Origin: Mizuhopecten yessoensis
Taxonomy: Eukaryota
Direction of reading: 5' to 3'
Assembly (NCBI RefSeq): GCF_002113885.1
Contig: NW_018404881.1
Coordinates: 19,558-83,557, forward strand
Length of the DNA: 64,000 nucleotides
Numbering within the stretch: position 1 is the first letter of the stretch; the number at the start of each line of letters is the position of its first letter. Below, one piece after another: positions 1-13,800 of the stretch. A model generated the notes under the pieces. The model did not search any database and was not told where the DNA came from. It worked only from the letters and a program-made list of their open reading frames with translations. The translations under genes were made by a program, and so were the position numbers.

Positions 1-1136
1 GTATGTGGAGGGATTTGAGTGTGTGTGTGGTTGTGGTGTGTGTGTGTTACATTAATCATCCTGCCAGCCAAAAATAAAACGAAAAATAAAAATTAAAAAA
101 AACATGAAAACACAGAATCAAAAGTATATTGTGCCGTCACCTACACGAAAAACTTGGAGCGAAATGAGGTTTTTCAAGTCAATACTATAAAGGTAGCTCA
201 GTTTCCGAAAATTTACATGCATACAAGTTCGAAAACGTGTAAAGTTTTATTATGCAAAATAAATAACAACAATGACTCCGACTACATCTGACGTTTACAG
301 TTACCCGTCGATAAAAGACATAATGTCAAAATTTCAGTCAAAGTGTACTATCTGTAGTAATTTACATAAATGAATGATAAATCCAATAACACGTGACAAA
401 ATATATCTTCATTTCAACAACAATTTGAACCATACCACCCGGACTATGTCGTCACATACTTTAAGCTATATGTCAACGATTTTAACGTAAAGAATAGGTC
501 TAGTTTTCTTAATATTAAAATATCTCAGTATACGATCTAGGAGTTTTTTTATTGATATTTTGTTAAAGTATTGCTCTTAGTATATTTGCAATATGTACAT
601 GTGTACGTTATATCGGTATTCATTGCTTTAGCGTTAGAGGTTAGTTAAAAAAAACTCATCTCTTACGTTATATCGGTAAATATTTCTTGAGCATTAAGGA
701 GGTTATTTTTTTTTTTTAATGCTCATCTTTTACGTTTTCAAAAAAAATATAGATTCATTATTGTATAAAGTTTCCTTAGCGGTTTTACCACAACAGACAT
801 ACACGTACCGGGAGTATATGTTGGATCTACCCTAGTACAATGTTACAGAAGGACTTAGGTTTTTTCCCCCACTGCTATGAATGCTCTTCCTCAAAATTTA
901 ATACAATGTAGGAGTTATAGTTCTTGAGTAATTTCCGATTTCATTTACAATAAGATCATAAGATGCACATAGGAGCTCTAAAACTCAATGTTTATGCCAC
1001 TTAAATTGCTAATCAATAAATGAGTATCAAACTTTTTATTTACATGTTAGTAATTAAATGCATTGACCGTGTCCACTGTTTCTCATTGCAAGTCAGTTGA
1101 CCATTTGTCCCGTGTTACATGTCCACATACAAACAT

Positions 1137-2234
1137 CTATCTGGTATCGAAATCCTCAGGCTTAAAGGCTCTGTTTTCGCTTGCTACCGCAATCGCAACT
1201 TCAGAGATCGTCCTTAATTGTAAGGATTCTAACCCTTCTGTTAGATTTTTCACTTTTCTTTCAAAACTGAACCTTTGAATATTCTTCAACCAGCTCAACA
1301 GAATAGACATTTTCAATGATGCATGATCTCCTTCGTATATGACATGCAGTTCATCGATTTTGTTGCCTTCAAGATTCAATAAAAAACCAAGCTTTGTCAT
1401 TTGGGTAACACTAAGCTGATCACTCAGTACGAAGAGGCTTCTCCGATCGTCAAACATAGCTGTACAAAACAAAACAGTATTCTGTACATAGCTTATTTAG
1501 TGAGATGCATCCATGGGCACAAGCCAACAGAAGTCAGCACAACAATTGCCAAATAAAATGCGCTGGACGTTCGAGATTACATATTTTTTTTAGACGTTAT
1601 TAAGCCTAAAATCTGGGTCAACTAGATAAATATCTAAATGAAAGAGGAACAAGGTATTGCGATATCCTACATATTTTCTAATTTGTGTAACCCGTGAGAT
1701 TGGGACAAAATGGATTTCATCAAACAGATATCAGTACAGGTAAGAGTAATGAGTAAGTAACCTACCGTGGTGTGCAGTGTTCGTGAGTCTCGGTTGGTAC
1801 AGTTTCGTCGGTGTAAAAAACTCGTAGGCGCCAAACTGGGCCTCGTGAAGCAAATCGTGTGGTGCTTGGATCCGGCGGTATTTCACAATGGCTTGTTCAT
1901 TCTGATGCCTCTTGTTCCTAATAATCGACAGACGGTGAAAATTTTCGTAATTTTTCTGGTCGTACCATAATACTGGCGGTTCTTTCGAAGCCGTTGGCGG
2001 GATTGTGATTCCTACATCGACCGGAATTTCGATACGAATTCTCTCAAAATTTTTAACCATCACCGGCCGGGATATACAGGTCGAAAGTCCAGTGAGCCCG
2101 TCTTTTCTTCGTTTTTTTAAGGTGGCTTTAACAGTTTTTTCCTTTGCAGGGACTATTTCGGACCATAATGATACATCGGAGTCGTCTTCATCAATGAAAA
2201 GTATAATCTTGCAACAATATTGGTTCACATCCAT
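1137..2234 (-). CDS. Gene A: truncated paralog of gene B encoding a UPA-like domain plus death domain (263 aa, 2 exons); may instead be a pseudogene
   Basis: Exons 2234-1766 (ATG in GCTATGG context; donor G|gtaggt, phase 1) and 1459-1137 (acceptor ttttgtacag|CT, phase 1; TAG). Total 792 nt, open throughout. Clearly paralogous to gene B exons 7621-7080 and 6528-6206. The last exon has a death-domain pattern (LG..L.L...ID.L......IL..W.......L..GLE.LQL..ISE.A). Confidence 0.6.
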
Positions 2235-2519
2235 AGCATGTGCAATTTCGGATCCTTTTCAGAACCAGCACGTCTTTTCCTTATTCCATACCTATTGTAT
2301 TGAAAATTGTATTACTTATTTTTACTTCTTAAACGTTCGATACATTTTAACCTGTGTTATAATATGAACATAAAAAATCATCACTCGAGACCAATTTTAA
2401 GTCAATTTATTTAACATTCTGATGCTGAGATGTGCTTGAAAATGATAGCAGGACAAAAACGCATATTTAATTCCATTATGACTGATATTACATGTAACAG
2501 AGGTCATTATGTTTTCAAT

Positions 2520-2795
2520 GCCTCCACTAGGAGTCGAACCCGGGGCCTACAACTTACTAGTCTTACGCTCTACCAGGTTGACATACTCCCCCTTCAGGAA
2601 AGAACTCGTCCCTAGTTTTCCAAGGGTCATAGCGATTCCTTTGCAAGTATTGCGGAGTATATTTGTCAAATCTCCCGGGTCCCTACGTGTGCCCCAATGT
2701 AACAGAGACCTCTGGCTTACTAGTCTAACGCTCTAACGAATGAGCTAAAGAGAAATTCTCCCTAGCCGAGTCGGTAGGAAGTGACTAGTGGGCGA
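2520..2795 (-). mobile_element. tRNA-derived SINE remnant(s)
   Basis: The minus strand reads ...ggtagagcgtaagactagtaag...ccgggttcgactcc (A-box/B-box-like head), with a second partial head at ~2715-2750. Absent from the paralogous intron of gene B. Confidence 0.6.
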
Positions 2796-2799
2796 CATA

Positions 2800-3033
2800 C
2801 TTACTTCTATTTGATAAAGTGATTTTGATTCGGAAGCACACTTCGCGGGAATATTCACAATCCCTAAGCCAGAGGAAAGTCTTTCATCTCAAATAAATCA
2901 TTCAATTTGCTTAAATGCTTAAATGTCCAACTAGTATATAGATAAGCAATATTGGATAATGTCTTAATACTGATCTGTAAGTCGTTTGTGTTTACTCTTT
3001 AGATCATTCGAAGCAATTTTTAATACAAAAGAA
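2800..3033 (-). pseudogene. Decayed copy of the second-ZU5 exon of gene B
   Basis: Aligns by eye to 7880-8163. The acceptor AG is lost (tattatag in B vs tattaaaa here), there are internal deletions, and the codons for DTFSG are missing. Confidence 0.7.
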
Positions 3034-6000
3034 AAACAAACAATCCGGCATCTAAGTATATACAGAAATGTATAAAATGTTCAAAGTAACAAAGAATTCC
3101 AGTACGTTTGTTTTTACGTCAACTTTCTCTCAGGTGATAGAGCATCTTTGTGTAAACAAAGATTTCACGTGACAGAATCAAAGCTGTATATTCTGCTCTT
3201 AAAGAAAGAGCTGATGAAGAATCTTTGAGTTCTATTAAGCATTATTAACATTCAAACTTTGTTTCAAATTGACATTATAAGGATATCACTTTTATAATTA
3301 CATTTAATTACGTTCGAGGTCTTGTCTTGAGTGATATTTCAACTGTTGTGTAGGTTTTATGCAAGGTCAGACTGATTCATATAAACTGTCGAAGTTATCG
3401 TATTGAGTCAGTTGCAGCAATAGGGTTTCATATTGAGAATGCTCACAATTGTATTTGCCTGTGGTCATGGCCCTACAATGACGTCGAGGTGGTCCAGTTG
3501 TAAGAACTGAGGCTATTTCTTGGCTAGGCGAGTTGGTGACGTAGGTCGTATATCTAGGTACAAACACAAGTTTATACACAAACTGGACCATGTACAGTAT
3601 ACATACATGTACATGTATATTTTCCATTGTTTTTCCCAAGCTATAACGCCATTGTCATAGGGGAGTTAGATGGGGGCTTCTATTATGTTACACAGCTCAG
3701 AGTTCACGTGGGAATTAATGAGACTGGCATGTTCACGTGTAGACTTTGGTCAGTGGGTAATGGCCACAGTGTAAATAAGGATAAGTGAGGGTCATTGATT
3801 ACTTTATAGCTTCATGATCAGCAGCCATAACCAACGATAACACTGGGGAGATATTGATAAGGTTAAGGACATTGACCACTGGTCAGCATCTGCATCTTGG
3901 CAAATCAGGAAGCAGGAATCATGCAAGACAATAAAGATGTTTAAAGTTCTTAGCCTCATCCTAGCCAGTATAAAAAAAAACTCTTTTGAGTAGAAGACGT
4001 TCATTTTAGACAGATTTACTTTATCGAGCCATCACCATTCCCAGCCTCCAGCCTGTACATAAAAATACATTAAGTGTGATATCACTTTATCAATGTTTCG
4101 TTTCAATATGAATACAACGTTTCCATAATTACATAAATCATTTTATTTGGAGATGGCATAATTAAGAGGTAACAATTCTTGATAGTATTGATAAATCCAA
4201 TGTACATTGGTAGGCTAGGGCTATTCACTACTCAATAATCCTTATGAGATTTTGTTTCGTTCTTTTGTCTAAAATTTTACATTACAATCTATTCTGTACG
4301 GGTTTACTTTATTCAATCAGGCTATGTAACGAATCAGGGCAAAACAAACTCTGAGGCTCTGCCAAGCCTGTACAGCTGTCCGACCCGACAATCTGGTTTT
4401 AATTTTGAGGTGTTTGGGTTTACCGGACCGCGTGTGACAAATGGGTTTTCCCCTAGAGACTCATGGCCTTGGATGGCTAACCTCTCAAGACTCAAGGCTC
4501 AAATACAGTACAGTCTGCATACTCCGTCTGTAACCCATACTCTAAGCTAAGGAAATCAACCACTGTGATATGAGGAACACTCAGATAAACAAGATATTCC
4601 TCTTTATTGCATATTTCCGCTAATTTCATATATGTATAAATGAAATATTACATAATTACTTAAAAACATCTTGCATAACTATCGATACTATGCAATTAAG
4701 TTGATTTCATCGTATTCACACAAGAGACTTATTGTTCTTGTCTTTGTTTTGACAAGGATGTTGACGATATAAATAATGTTTATGGAAATTTCTTGGAGAA
4801 TAAATCAAATCAAATATGCCTAGCATTTTAAGGGTGTACAAAACATGTGACATCATATTTTATTTAATTCATTTGGAATATACAAAACAAGGACCCTTTC
4901 ATTTGTTCTTATAACTCTTTTAATGTAACAATACAACACAACATGTTTCAAAATCAAAGATAATCTAGTGTTAACAATTAAATTGAATTAAGGAAAAGGA
5001 TTTTCTCTTACATACATTTTATATTATTTTATGATTATCTTCATCTGAACTTACACGAACTACGGCGACAACAAAGTCGACATCAACCCAAAATCTGTGC
5101 CTAGAATCAGAAGACAGATCACAATGTTCCCAAAACACCATATGCGAAAGCAGTTTCTTTGAAGGGGTCAGTATAATAGACTGTATAGTCACTGAAGAGA
5201 AAGGCTCGGAGTCAAAATATTTAAATACAATTAATACATTCAACTCCGACTCGTTTAATAAATCTCATATGAAAAAAAGGTTTCTTAATATCTGTGTAGG
5301 AATTTCAAAATAACATTACATACAGGTGTATTATTTTTTGGCTAGATTGTCTTGTATTATTTTAAAATAAATAACAACAATGATGACGATTTCTGAGTTA
5401 TTACCTGCCGACGTAAGAAACAGTGACGTCATTTTATGCAACGATAAGTAGGTGTGAAATGTACATAAATGAATGATAAATCAAATAATAATTGGCAAAT
5501 ATGATTCCGTTTTATATAAACAAGTAGTCAAACACACCATTTTGGCTATGACGTCAAACGAGATGGGCCTTCTTCAAGTTAGCTGTATACGAGCTTAAAT
5601 GAAAACGTCGGATCAGCTTTATCAATCTCAAAATATCAAAGTATGAGATCTAGCAGTGTCTTGTTAATGTTAAATCGTTAAAGATTGATTATATTTAAAG
5701 TTAATTGATTTTTGGGTTGTTTTTTTTTTTTGGGGGGGGGGGGTTAATTTGCAGTTTCGCAAGCAACATTTATTACACATCTCATTCACTATCACAAAAA
5801 TATAGATATCATTACACAGTGCATTCATTAGCTTTATTAAACGCAAGGCAATTGCCCCTATGAGCTTAACATTCAAATCATCGGGAACACATATACAGCA
5901 CAGCCAAGAGGGTATGGGATCAACCCTACTGTAATGTGATAGGTTTCCCTTCCTCCTTTGGTTTGCGCATCCTAATAATACAGAACAATGTAAGAGTTAT

Positions 6001-6205
6001 CGTTCTTGGATAAAAAAAAAATGTATTATGTTTACAAAAAGAGCATACAATACAGGCAGAACCTGACAAACTCGAGTTTGTAAAGCAATGGAAAATCACT
6101 GCACCACAGAATTGAGTAAACTACTTTTTATATACATGTTAGTAATTGAATGCATTGACCGTGTCCACTTTTTCTGTCCTGTGTTACATGTCAACAGACA
6201 AATAT

Positions 6206-9200
6206 TTAGCTGGTATTGAAATCCTCCAGCTTAAAGGCTCTGTTTTTGTTTGCTACCTCAATCACAACTTCAGAGATCGTCCTTAATTCTAAGGTCTCTA
6301 ACCCTTCTGTTAGATTTTCTACTTTTTGTTTGAAGCTGCATCTTGAATCATTCTCCAGCCAACTCTGAAGAATAGACACTTTCAGTAATGCAGGATTTCC
6401 ATAGTGTTTGTGTTTTAGTTCATCCATTTTTACGCCTGTCAGATTCAATATACTGCCGAGCGCTGTCATTTGGCCAACAGTCAGCTGCTTACTCAAGATG
6501 AAGAGACTCTTTGACTCGTCAAACATTGCTGTACAAAACAAAACAGTATACGTTCTATGATAGCGTATTTGATGAATGAATCACTGGAGACAAGTCAAAA
6601 GAAATCAGCACCACAGGAATTACGCTGGACATATGCGATTACATTAATGAACAATCAAAATATGATAAAGCCAGAGATGAAAGTCAAATGAATATATACA
6701 AGTGAGAGAAAATAAGATATGGATCAGCACAGGGTTTTATTAAGAGAAAATTTAAATGCTGTAAAAAGATAAATAGTATTTTTAAAGCTTTTCATTCAAT
6801 CATAAATGAAGATCATCTGTACGTTTCATGTCAGTTACAAAGAGTCGTGTAGTTAACACGCACANCCCCAAAAAAAAATAAATATAAAAAAAAAATATAT
6901 ATATCCTCATGAAGTGATACCCTACAAAATATCTTTGTTCTTGTGATAGGGACAACATGGAATTTATCAGAAACTAGTAGAGTTAAGAACAATCTTAGAA
7001 AATGCGAAAGTTTTGAGATATTTACTATTATTTCAAAACAGTTTGTATGACTATACCTACAATATGATTTTTAACATACCACAATGTTCAGTTCTGAGCG
7101 AAGGTCTTCTCGGTTTGTTCAGATTCGTCCCTGTAAAATACTTGTGGGCGCCAAAATGGGCCTGGTGAAGTAAGTCATTTTGTTCTTGAACTCGGCGGTA
7201 TTGCACAATGGCTTGTTCATTCTGATGACTGTTGTTCCTGCTTATCGACAGGCGGTGAAAATTTTCGTAACTTTCATGGTCGTAACTCAGTACTCGTGGG
7301 TCTCTCAAAGCCGATGGTGAGATTATGATTCCTACATTTTCCGGAATCTCGATACGAATGTTCTCCAGGTTTTTCACCATCACAGTCGGGGATCTACATA
7401 CCCTAAGTACAATGAGTTTCTCTTCTTCTTCTCGTTTTTGAAAAGTTTTTTCAACAATATCTTCTTCTGCAGGAACTATTTCGGACCATAATGATACATC
7501 AGAGTCGTCTTTTTCAATGAAAAGTAAAATCTTGCAACGATGGTAGTTCATATCCATAGCGTGTGCTATTTTTGGGCCGACGTCCCTTTGATAATCTGTA
7601 CGTCTTCTCCCAACACCATACCTGTTATATATAAAAAGTTGAATTATTTTAACTTTAAATTTCTAAACAAAAATTGAAAATTTCATTACCTGTTAAGCAT
7701 TGTTTAAAATTTGTACCAAATTTTAAACTTTCATAATTCCAGACCAAGTTTTATGGCATTTTATTTAACATTCTAATCTTTAGAAGTGCTTTAAACGGGT
7801 TACAGCACAAACATGAAGAAATGGCATACTCAATCCCAACATAACTGATATCACATGTTAACATACCCGCTAAATGTGTCCACTTCTATTTGATAAAGTG
7901 CTTTCGACTCTGAAACGCACTGCACGGGAATGTCCACAATCTCTAACCCTTTCTCGTCACAGTGGAATACAAAAGTTTCCAGGGGAGAGTCATCCATCTC
8001 AAATAATTCATCCAATTTAAACGTGAGAGCCGCTTTGTGCCTCAATTTGTTCTCATTGGTATGAATATAGGCAATATTGGATAATGCCGCTATATCCGAT
8101 TTATCTGTAAGTCGTTTTTTCTTACTCTTTGGATCAATCGAAACAGTCTATAATACAAAAGAGAAATAATCAACTTGATGTTAAACTATAAAAAGCAGTG
8201 GATATATTGTTAAATTTCGTAATAATATCGAGTGACAAAGTTTGCACGTAAATTATCTTTAGTTCTTTGACCACAAATATTTTATAAATTCACAATTCCC
8301 AGCGAAGAAGATAAGTCTTTCGTTTCAACACCAACATTGCAAATATTCAAAGCGATGATGTACCTATCCTTAAACAAATAGTTGATGTTCAATAACATCA
8401 GCATCATTCCTCCACAATAATGATATAATATGGGGATTGTTTATGGTAATTACAATAAATGCTGTTTGTAAGGTAACATGAATTCTTTTAACCTGTCAGA
8501 ATGTTCGTATCCAAGCATTTGCAGCTCTCATGTTGATGTGTTCGATCGATTTGCTGCATATGGTCGCAATATGGTAAAACCTAGACACATGGTTAAAATG
8601 AAATAACTTACATTTAATTGCTTTTTGAATGTGACAATTATATTCCATTAAATAGTTAAGATGTATACTTACACTGACTTTGACTTGTGTTGTTGTTGAA
8701 ACTGATCCCTGAGGGAAAGTGATAATTTCATCTGCAGAGAGAATATTTTTGTAAACAGTCTCCTTCTCTGGATCCAAAGACACATTATCATATATACGAC
8801 TTGACGTCAGACATATGGAAGCAATGCTAAGGTCTGTGAGGTTTATTTCCAAGGTTTTAGATCCAACCTGCAACAGAACAATAAATGATAACAATAATGC
8901 GTAGGATGAATTTTCGCGTTTGTAAAGATTGATAGCATTTTACAAGTATCTTGTCAACACAAAAAAAAAATGTTTTGCCCATTTTGCTGTATTGTAAGGG
9001 TTTTAATTTATTTAATTAATTTATGTTATGTTATTTATTTATTTATATATTGCTTTATCTATTTTCGTTTTTTACGTGATTACCCCTATCAAATTTAGCA
9101 ACAGATACAGCACGCTGAAAATGAATGACACTATATCTACTGTCGTATCGTCGGTCTAGGAATCATAAGTAATGCTAGGACAAAAAATGCTGAAATCTAA

Positions 9201-10957
9201 ATTGGTTTGGATTACATTTGAAAGCAAAGGGGGGGGGTCGTAAAATACAGTTATCTGATTGCGATTATCAATTGATTGATTTTCATGACTAATTATTGCT
9301 GTCCAATAATGCATATGTTTATTTAGCTGTATTACGTATTTATTTATTATAATTGATTTTTGTCTTGTTATCGTACACATTATAAACACACAAACATGCA
9401 GCCAAATTGAATAACAAATTGCATCAACAAAATAAGAGAAAAAGTGATTCAACCTTCTTTTCCAACGAAATCTTCGTCCAGTTTCCGTCCTTTTTGATGT
9501 GTAATGTATACACCACCCGGTTTCTGATCACACGAAGTCGGAATTGCAGCTTTATGGATCCCTGGTCATGCTTTAAAACTGATTTTTCATATGGTTTTTC
9601 TGTCTTCTTTATGGGGACAAACATTTTTGGGAAGTCGTAGTTGTCTTCCTCTTCTTGATCATTTAATACATCAGCCGGTAGATCTGTGATGCTGATATCG
9701 TACGTGGTGGACTCGAATGTATCTTGGTCACTCTCAATCAACTTTGTCGGAGGTTCGGCCTGCCGCCGTGCATTGTCCCAGGGTTTAATCTCCACTCGCG
9801 CTTTTCTTTAAAAATCAATAACATCACATTATGTAGATTTACATTAACCGATTTTTTTTAATTCGAATTTATATATATATAAATATAAATATTGTAAAAG
9901 AATGTATATGTACATGTAACTGTTTTGTTTCACTGTGTCTTGAAAAAGGAGCGGATCGCTCCGAAAATTTGACAACCTAAACTTGTCCACACTGTTGGAA
10001 TCACTGCTTTGCCCCATATATATATAATATAAGAAGAAAATATTTCAACAACGAGTCTTTAGTATTTTCATCTCTTATAGGAGATTTTTTCACACTGTTT
10101 ATGTTGTATAGGTCGACTTATGCGGGAATACCCTGCAGAAACGTGAATTTTCTTATGTGACCTTTACTGCGGGACACGAAAGCAACAAAAACAAATATGG
10201 TTATTCGTTCGTACGGATAATTTATCTGCTTTTATATTATATATATGTATATATAGTTGTGCATGTTTCATTTGCCCTGTTTAGAAATTTTAGCAAAAAC
10301 TACTGTGTTTGTTATTTCAAAATACATTAGAATTTACAACAGATAAAAATGTTATTGTGAAAATCTTAAAAACTTACTTTATTTCTTTCGGATATTCACT
10401 GAAGTCTCTGAAAGTCAATGCGTAAGAGGAATGAGAAGATAGAGAATTATCACCGCACACTTTGTTATATTCGAGACGACCAATGTTTGGCCCCGTAATA
10501 GATGTTTATCATTTTGTTTTCTGATTGGGAGCACGGAATAAGATGTTTGTGGCAGCCTTATTGCACATTTTATATCTGTCTATCATTATTTCATTCTTTT
10601 AAAATTGCCTTTGTCGTGTTGGCAGTCATATTGCCTATAAATTTCAAATGAAAGCAGGAATTGCTTAAATAATTTACAAATTAAATTGACACGGTATCGT
10701 CGATACGAAATGACAATAACAGGAATTATACAGAAGACTTGATGAAGGCTCCAATAGACGTGTGGCGAAATCAAAATGGAACGAAAGAAGGAGTTATATT
10801 CAACAACAACGTCTAATCGCAAATATAACTGTATTAGCGCTTTAACATCGTTATCAATCGCTGTTTTGATTAGTCGGATAAACAAATTACATTAAGTTTT
10901 ATTGAAATAAAAAAATACAACTTTGTTAAATTGTACTACTTACTTGTCCTTTTCCAT
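6206..10957 (-). CDS. Gene B: ZU5-ZU5-UPA-death domain protein (DTHD1/PIDD1-like), ~578 aa, 7 coding exons
   Basis: Exons 10957-10944, 10407-10378, 9805-9454, 8867-8673, 8147-7867, 7621-7080 and 6528-6206, all GT-AG. Phases 2,2,0,0,2,1 join to 1737 nt without stops. ZU5-like motifs (ITFPQGSV...VKV; LSNIAYI...AALTF; YQIEVDTFSG) and a C-terminal death domain. The first two small exons and the weak donor at 9453 (gttgaa) are less certain. Confidence 0.75.
9885..10020 (+). mobile_element. Short Penelope-like (pLTR-type) fragment between (TA)n tracts
   Basis: Contains gtCTTGAAAAAG-gagcg-gat-cgctc-CGAAAatttgac, a minimal hammerhead-variant motif of the kind associated with Penelope-like elements. 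Flanked by TA microsatellites. Confidence 0.45.
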
Positions 10958-11119
10958 TGTTCTTGAGTTAGTTTCTCCTGGTCTTCTCCTTCATAGATAA
11001 ACTGAGGGAAGAGCAGGGACGCAAATGACAAAATAGTTCAGTTAATCTCCATTTTCAATACTTGATGTATTAACACTAAGCTTAATGATAATTAAACTTG
11101 TTTATGTGATATCTTTGAA

Positions 11120-11480
11120 CCCTGCAGATCGGAGTTGAGCGAATGCAACCTGCACTCGCCCACAGTATGTCGTATCGGACGACTAATGTGGGATTACCCT
11201 GTGGAATCGGGGGCTTTCTTCTGTGACCCTTACTAAAGGACACCAAAGCAACAGAAACAAATACGGTGCATCTATTGACCTTTCAGCTGTACATTGGTGA
11301 CACGAATGGGTTGATATTTCGTTGTCGACATCGCGTGACCGGGCAGGGGGTGGCATGCTATCGAGTCGAGGTTAGGACACTTCAGCATGATAAATGACAT
11401 TCGACTGGATCCAACGTCCATGAACTCTACCTCAATAAGAGTTTAGCTGTTGCAAAGACGTAAACCCTCTAACAACAAAG
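11120..11480 (+). mobile_element. SINE-like interspersed repeat (partial second copy at ~10120-10200)
   Basis: 3' tail gctgttgcaaagacgtaaac...aacaacaa resembles the reverse complement of 55880-55915 and 50705-50735. An ~80-bp diverged copy lies at 10120-10200. Confidence 0.45.
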
Positions 11481-13224
11481 CCTTTTATTTCAAGAATCGA
11501 AAAGAACCAGACTGTAAATGTATAGCTCAGTCTACAATGTTCTGTACAATTTAACTTTATTCTAATAATGATTGTTTCTAATGCTAAGGGAGACATAAGT
11601 ATCGGTGGACTGATCTAAAATGGTATGAATGGAAGAACATTAGTAGCATGTAAGTACATACATGTATATATATATACAATGCTTTCTCCTCTTTAGAGGT
11701 TCATCAGGGGAACTGTGTATATATATATATATATATGAATATGTATCTACGTTACCCAAACACACACTGGAACGTATTCGAGTGCGGTTTTATACTATTC
11801 GCCGTAGCAGGCCATTTTCCAATAGTTCCGCCATTTTATTTAGAAGTGATGTGTTGACTGTATTACATCCGAGGATACTTCTTGTAGCTACATGTATTTA
11901 CCTGTTCTGGGGTAAAAAGTAATAAGCGGAAACTCCCGAAGACTCCCGAATATTTGTTGTTGCTGGCACTACGGTGTGTATTGTATTACGTCGTAATGTA
12001 CGTCCGCTTTATATATTGTTACGAGGTATTACGTCACAATGTATTTTTCGTGATACGTAATCGATATTTCGAGGTAATAATTCACACTTGCGGCTTCATC
12101 ACTGAAAATCTTATCTTAATGACTCGATACTTACATATTTGTTTTCTCTTTGAACACTTGCCAAAAAATATCACACGCAGGTATTACATACATTTACTAT
12201 CACAGACGGATATAGAACATGTATACCACACACTGGTATTTAATTTCACAAACAGGTATTACACATGTATTAACATAAATACAGTATTAAACACACATAA
12301 TAAAACCTGAAGGTGCTGTGATTGGTTAAAACCTTGGGAACATATTTCCACGCCACTACAGGTACTACTTTTATTTATTATATAACATGATACATTTTAT
12401 GTTCTTTTAAATGAATATTTGAAATGTTTATTTTGTCAGTATTATTTTCATTTCACTTAAAACTGTTCATTATTGAAAAAACAATCTTGAACTACTTTGC
12501 ACTGCGCAGAACAAATACTATGATTGGAGTACTTTGGTTCTGACCTTTTTAGAGTCAGCTAATAACACACAATTGTGTTGAAGCGTTTTGTTCAAATTAT
12601 GAATGTTAAGTGATGAATAGAATCGTACATTCGTGTCCATGTCCACTCGCCAAAAGACACGTGTTACATAAAATAATTGAACTCGTTTGATTAATCCGTT
12701 ATGACATGGACACGAATATTAGATCCTCAATGTAATTATTTAAAAATATTTATTTCAAATTCAACATTTTCTCAATCTAGTGGGATTTATCCAACATAGT
12801 ACAGTACCAGCTGTTAACTATTTCTCGACTGAGTCTAATCATATACATGTGTAGACAATGATTTAGTGTAATGATTACATTAGGGGTATTGATAGAGGAC
12901 ATGCTTACAGCGGAGGAGCTACATTGTTTTATTATTGTTCATTAAAGCATGACTGCCAACTAGGGACGCTTATTGTTTTAAAGTGTGTACACATTGAATT
13001 TAACTTAAGTATGGTTCCAAAACTATTAACACACTATTGAACATTGATTTATTATCCCGTTAAATTGCATTTCAAGACTATATATAGATTTATCGACCGA
13101 TAAAAGATTTTAAAAATCTCCTTCCTGATATAAAGGACATAGAGTTAAACTGCGCGTATTTGAAATACATGTATATTCAAATATTCCAAATATACTGATT
13201 TCTATTAAAGACTCACAATAAAAC

Positions 13225-13800
13225 TCAATCAATCCACTTCAAAATCCATTTTCTACGTCTTAAGTAACATCAATTATTATATCTGAAATCCGTTATATAC
13301 ACCTTCTTCAAAACATATGTCAGGTACATTTCAACAATCATTTTCTTCTCCTAAAACATTAGTCGATACACTTCAAATCCATTATCCATGTCTTCAAAAA
13401 CATTAATCAAAACACTTCACTTCCATTATCTACGCCTTCAAAAACATAAGTCAGTTCACTTCAAGATTAATTATCAATGCCTTAAATTCATATGTCAGTA
13501 CATTTCAACATTCATTTTCTTCGCCTTAAAAACCACAAGTCAGTACATTTTAAATTCGTTATCTACCCCTTCCTAAACATAAACCAGTACGTTTCAAAAT
13601 GCATTATCTACTTCTTCAAAAACATTAGTCAATACAATTTAAATCCATTACTCATGTCTTCAACAACATAATTCAGTACACTTCAAAATCTATAATCTAC
13701 GTCTTCAAAAACATGAGAGTTAAAACGCTTAAAATTCATTGACAACGTCTTCAAAAACAAACACAGTTCATTTCAAAGTTCATTATTTACATCTTTAACT
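13225..13800. repeat. Degenerate ~43-bp tandem repeat
   Basis: Recurrent aatccattatctacgtcttcaaaaacat.agtcagtacacttca-like units. Confidence 0.65.

Larger units (their letters stand above)
260..3035. repeat. Tandem segmental duplication of ~5365-8165 (3' half of gene B plus downstream flank)
   Basis: Shared non-coding anchors: aaataacaacaatga at 261/5369; tacataaatgaatgataaatc at ~363/~5463; tacatgttagtaatt.aatgcattgaccgtgtccact at ~1041/~6133. The exons also match. Confidence 0.85.

Noticed and set aside
1137-2291. Gene A exons as an alternative 3' cassette of gene B
   Set aside because: Splicing B's phase-2 donor (7867) to the acceptor at 2291 reads GYGIRKRRAGSEKDPKLHMLWM-stop because of a net 7-nt deletion.
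2520-2590. tRNA genes (also 35068-35130)
   Set aside because: The A/B boxes are degenerate, there is no clean acceptor stem, and they run into SINE body sequence.
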